Shown here: piece after piece, positions 29,366 through 32,000 of the stretch
Layout: each line of letters begins with the position of its first letter
Numbering within the stretch: the stretch's first letter is position 1
Assembly: GCF_000829235.1 (NCBI RefSeq)
Contig: NZ_AP012549.1
Span: forward strand, 2,700,001 to 2,732,000
Direction of reading: 5' to 3'
Source: a cyanobacterium endosymbiont of Epithemia turgida isolate EtSB Lake Yunoko
Lineage (GTDB): Bacteria; Cyanobacteriota; Cyanobacteriia; Cyanobacteriales; Microcystaceae
DNA: 32,000 bases
Notes under the pieces: generated by a model
Database searches by the model: none
What the model saw: the letters and a program-made list of their open reading frames with translations, nothing else
Told to the model about the DNA's origin: nothing
Program-made: the position numbers and the translations under genes

Positions 29366-29533
29366 ATGAATTCAGGAAAAATCGTTGCTATTATCACAGG
29401 AGCAGTTTCTATTTTTTTAGCGATTGCTTATCTTATCCTAGTACAATTACTAGACATTAGAGGGGAAATGATTCCTGCCTCAAACTTCAATAATAAACAG
29501 ATATTAATTTATGAAGTTGTCAATAATTATTAA
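29366..29533 (+). CDS. hypothetical small membrane protein (55 aa)
   Basis: Hand-translated: MNSGKIVAIITGAVSIFLAIAYLILVQLLDIRGEMIPASNFNNKQILIYEVVNNY*. It has one clear transmembrane helix. It is absent from the ORF track, whose shortest entry is 60 aa. Confidence 0.4.
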   Translation: MNSGKIVAIITGAVSIFLAIAYLILVQLLDIRGEMIPASNFNNKQILIYEVVNNY

Positions 29534-29673
29534 ATTTTGGATTAATGAATAAGCTAGAATTATTTAGTAGCTATTAGATAGAATAAACAAAAGTAATAGA
29601 TAACTATTTATCTAAGGAAATACCTCCTCTAATTCCAGTAAAAATAAGAAATTATCCACTGATAAGGATTTGA

Positions 29674-32000
29674 ATGATTCCCCTCGAACTTACACTAAAA
29701 AACTTTCTTAGCTATCGAGAAGCAACCCTAGATTTTCGAGGGTTACATACAGCCTGTATCTGTGGTGCAAATGGTGCAGGAAAATCATCTTTACTCGAAG
29801 CAATTACCTGGGTTATTTGGGGTAAAAGTCGCGCCGTAATTGATGATGATGTTATTCATACAGGATGTAAATATGTGCGAGTTGATTTTCAATTTATTAG
29901 TAATCAAGAAGTTTATCGAATCATCCGTAATCGTCATCGAGGACGTAGTAGTCATCTAGAATTTCAAATAGAAAGTTCAGGAGAATTTCGTTCATTGACT
30001 AGCAAAGGAACACGAGCTACTCAAGAAAAAATAGTTTCCTCCTTAAAACTGGATTATGAAACGTTTATTAATTCATCATATTTACGTCAAGGAAGAGCTG
30101 ATGAATTTATGTTACGTCGTCCAACAGAACGGAAACAAATATTAGCAGATTTATTACAGCTTGAACAGTATCAAGAATTATCTAATAGAGCAAAAGATTT
30201 ATCTAAACAATGTCAGGGACGATCTCAACAAATTGAATTGAGTCTAGTACCTATAAAAGAAAAACTAGAAAATATAAAATATATTCAAGAACAACAAGTA
30301 ATCCTAGTAGAACAGATACAAAACCTTAAATTTAATCAAGACAAACAAAAAACTAAGCTCTGGCAACTTCAAGGAGAAGAACAGCAGAGAAAAACTTGGT
30401 CTAACCAATTAGATTGGCAAGAACAACAATATAAGAAACTAGTAGAAGACAAACAAAGATTACAAAAGGAAAAGGATGAAATTAATCAACAAATGTATCG
30501 TCTTATGATAATCATCAATCAAGAAGATAATATTATTAAAGGTCACCAGCAATTATCAGAATTACAAAAAGAAGAAAAAAGCTTATCTCTTAAGTTTAAA
30601 GTTTATCAAGAACAAACTGAAAGAGAACAATTGTTAACCAGCAAGCTAAATAAAAAACATAGTGTAATTGAGTTGCAAATTCATCAAGCTAAAACTCAAT
30701 TAGATATATTAGAACAACAGGAAAAAGAACTGCAGGATATTCTAAAGAATTCTGATGAAGTCAAAACTACTTTACAACATCTATATAATCATCGTAGACA
30801 CTTATCTGAATTAGATAGATTACAGTATAAAGTTGCACCAATTCAACAAAGATACTACGGTTTGCAATCTGAAATTAAACAAGTTAAGGCTAATTTAAAA
30901 GCCGAGCTAGAACAACTTTATATCTCTGAAACTGATTGTTTGAACCAAGTAGATAAAATTGCTAAAATACGGGAATCTGCACTAGAAATTTATACTAAGA
31001 TACAAAATCTTAATAATAAAAAAGTTTATCAAAAACGAGTGGAAGAAAAAGGTCAAAAACAAAGGGAGTATCAAGAAAGGCTCAGGGAAAATCAGCGGAT
31101 TTTTAAAGAAAAAATTGAAGAATTACAACAAAAACTACAAAAACTAAACCTCCCAAATTCGACTTGTCCTCTATGTGAACAGCCATTAAATGAAACTCAT
31201 CTGAATCATGTCATCAGTAAAACTAAATTACAGGAACAAGAAATTAAAGATAAAATTTTGATTTTACAAGAAAATATGTCCCTTGTAGAAAAAGAATTAA
31301 AAACACTGCGAGGAGAATTTACTCAATTAAATAAAGACTTAGCTGCTTATCCTTTATTACAGAAAAAGTTTGGACAATTAGAAGCACAACTAGAAACTAT
31401 TGAAGCAGTCAATTTTAAACTTAAACAAGTTAGAGACAAAATCAAAGAAATTGAACAAAAATTAAACCAAAATAGCTATGCTGTAGATTTACAATCTGAA
31501 CTTAATATTCTGAATCAAGAATTAAAATATCTCAATTATGACGAGCAAACCCATGTTTTAGTTAGAGGAGAAGTCGAACGATTGCGTAAAGCAGAAGTTA
31601 AACAAGCTAAATTAGAAGATGCAAATCACCGTCAGTCAATTATTTCACAACAAAAACCTCAACTTATTCAAAAAATATCTGTTCTTAAACAAGAAATCAA
31701 AGACTTGTATCAAACTTCAAAGATTAAACAAGAAATTGAGGAAATAAAACAATCAATTCAAAATTTAGGCTATAACAATCTGGATCACCAAAAATTACTA
31801 AAGTCTCTTCGTGAGTCCCAGTCTTGGGAACTAAAACTCCAAGAATTGCAACAAGCAAAACAACAATATCCCCAGTTACAAAACCGGTTAGAAATTGTAG
31901 AAATACGATTGAGCGATAACCTAACTGAACAAAAGAAAATTAAACAAGAAATTGATATCTTATCTTTTAAGATAAAATCTACAGTAGATCAAAGAGAAGT
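29674..32000 (+). CDS. sbcC: SbcC/Rad50-family DNA repair ATPase (5' partial, continues past window end)
   Basis: ATG 29674. Hand translation is stop-free for 775 codons to the window edge, so the gene is absent from the ORF track. N-terminus MIPLELTLKNFLSYREATLDFRGLHTACICGANGAGKSSLLEAITWVIWGKSRA (Walker A at 29764-29787), a SSYLRQGRADEF block, a long Q/K/E-rich coiled coil, and a CPLC zinc hook at 31165-31176. Confidence 0.85.
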   Translation, partial: MIPLELTLKNFLSYREATLDFRGLHTACICGANGAGKSSLLEAITWVIWGKSRAVIDDDVIHTGCKYVRVDFQFISNQEVYRIIRNRHRGRSSHLEFQIESSGEFRSLTSKGTRATQEKIVSSLKLDYETFINSSYLRQGRADEFMLRRPTERKQILADLLQLEQYQELSNRAKDLSKQCQGRSQQIELSLVPIKEKLENIKYIQEQQVILVEQIQNLKFNQDKQKTKLWQLQGEEQQRKTWSNQLDWQEQQYKKLVEDKQRLQKEKDEINQQMYRLMIIINQEDNIIKGHQQLSELQKEEKSLSLKFKVYQEQTEREQLLTSKLNKKHSVIELQIHQAKTQLDILEQQEKELQDILKNSDEVKTTLQHLYNHRRHLSELDRLQYKVAPIQQRYYGLQSEIKQVKANLKAELEQLYISETDCLNQVDKIAKIRESALEIYTKIQNLNNKKVYQKRVEEKGQKQREYQERLRENQRIFKEKIEELQQKLQKLNLPNSTCPLCEQPLNETHLNHVISKTKLQEQEIKDKILILQENMSLVEKELKTLRGEFTQLNKDLAAYPLLQKKFGQLEAQLETIEAVNFKLKQVRDKIKEIEQKLNQNSYAVDLQSELNILNQELKYLNYDEQTHVLVRGEVERLRKAEVKQAKLEDANHRQSIISQQKPQLIQKISVLKQEIKDLYQTSKIKQEIEEIKQSIQNLGYNNLDHQKLLKSLRESQSWELKLQELQQAKQQYPQLQNRLEIVEIRLSDNLTEQKKIKQEIDILSFKIKSTVDQRE

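Noticed and set aside
1-32000. Search for tRNA, rRNA, tmRNA, RNase P RNA, CRISPR repeats, IS elements or transposase relics.
   Set aside because: I found no cloverleaf-like GC-rich 70-90 nt segments, no GGTTCGAATCC-type T-arms, no GAGGAAAGTCC RNase P core, no regularly spaced direct repeats and no transposase-like frames. A proper tRNAscan, Infernal and ISfinder run would be needed to exclude them formally.

Overview
AT-rich cyanobacterial chromosome segment. The anchor is an intact str operon, rpsL-rpsG-fusA-tuf-rpsJ (20076-25175, + strand), with typical cyanobacterial protein sequences. Around it are scattered intact housekeeping genes: an aldo/keto reductase, a speE-like aminopropyltransferase, a WecA/MraY-family transferase, glyA, an HNH endonuclease, cysE, maf, add, thiL, an iscA/hesB-type protein, pgsA, a rhomboid protease, a conserved membrane protein, and the 5' 775 codons of sbcC, which runs off the window. 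By my feature coordinates only about 55-60% of the window is intact coding sequence. The rest is very AT-rich, ORF-free spacer (2856-4037, 7501-11050, 11819-13594, 14213-16375, 25176-26037, 27788-28375). Hand translation finds stop- and frameshift-riddled gene relics there: a TlpA/ResA-like thioredoxin-fold gene at 7736-8220, an unidentified gene at 18866-19363, and a one-base frameshift in folB. This looks like ongoing reductive genome evolution. As inference only, it resembles obligate N2-fixing cyanobacterial endosymbionts of the Cyanothece/Crocosphaera clade, such as diatom spheroid bodies or UCYN-A relatives. I recognise no rRNA, tRNA, CRISPR array, transposase or prophage gene, and I cannot support any multi-gene defence or other novel system. 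The points most worth a second look are the gene decay (especially folB beside an intact THF-dependent glyA), several long perfect palindromes in the spacers (one over the thiL ribosome-binding region), a GC-richer island at 9616-9897, and motif drift in the speE-like gene. All homology calls come from motif recognition by eye, with no database search.
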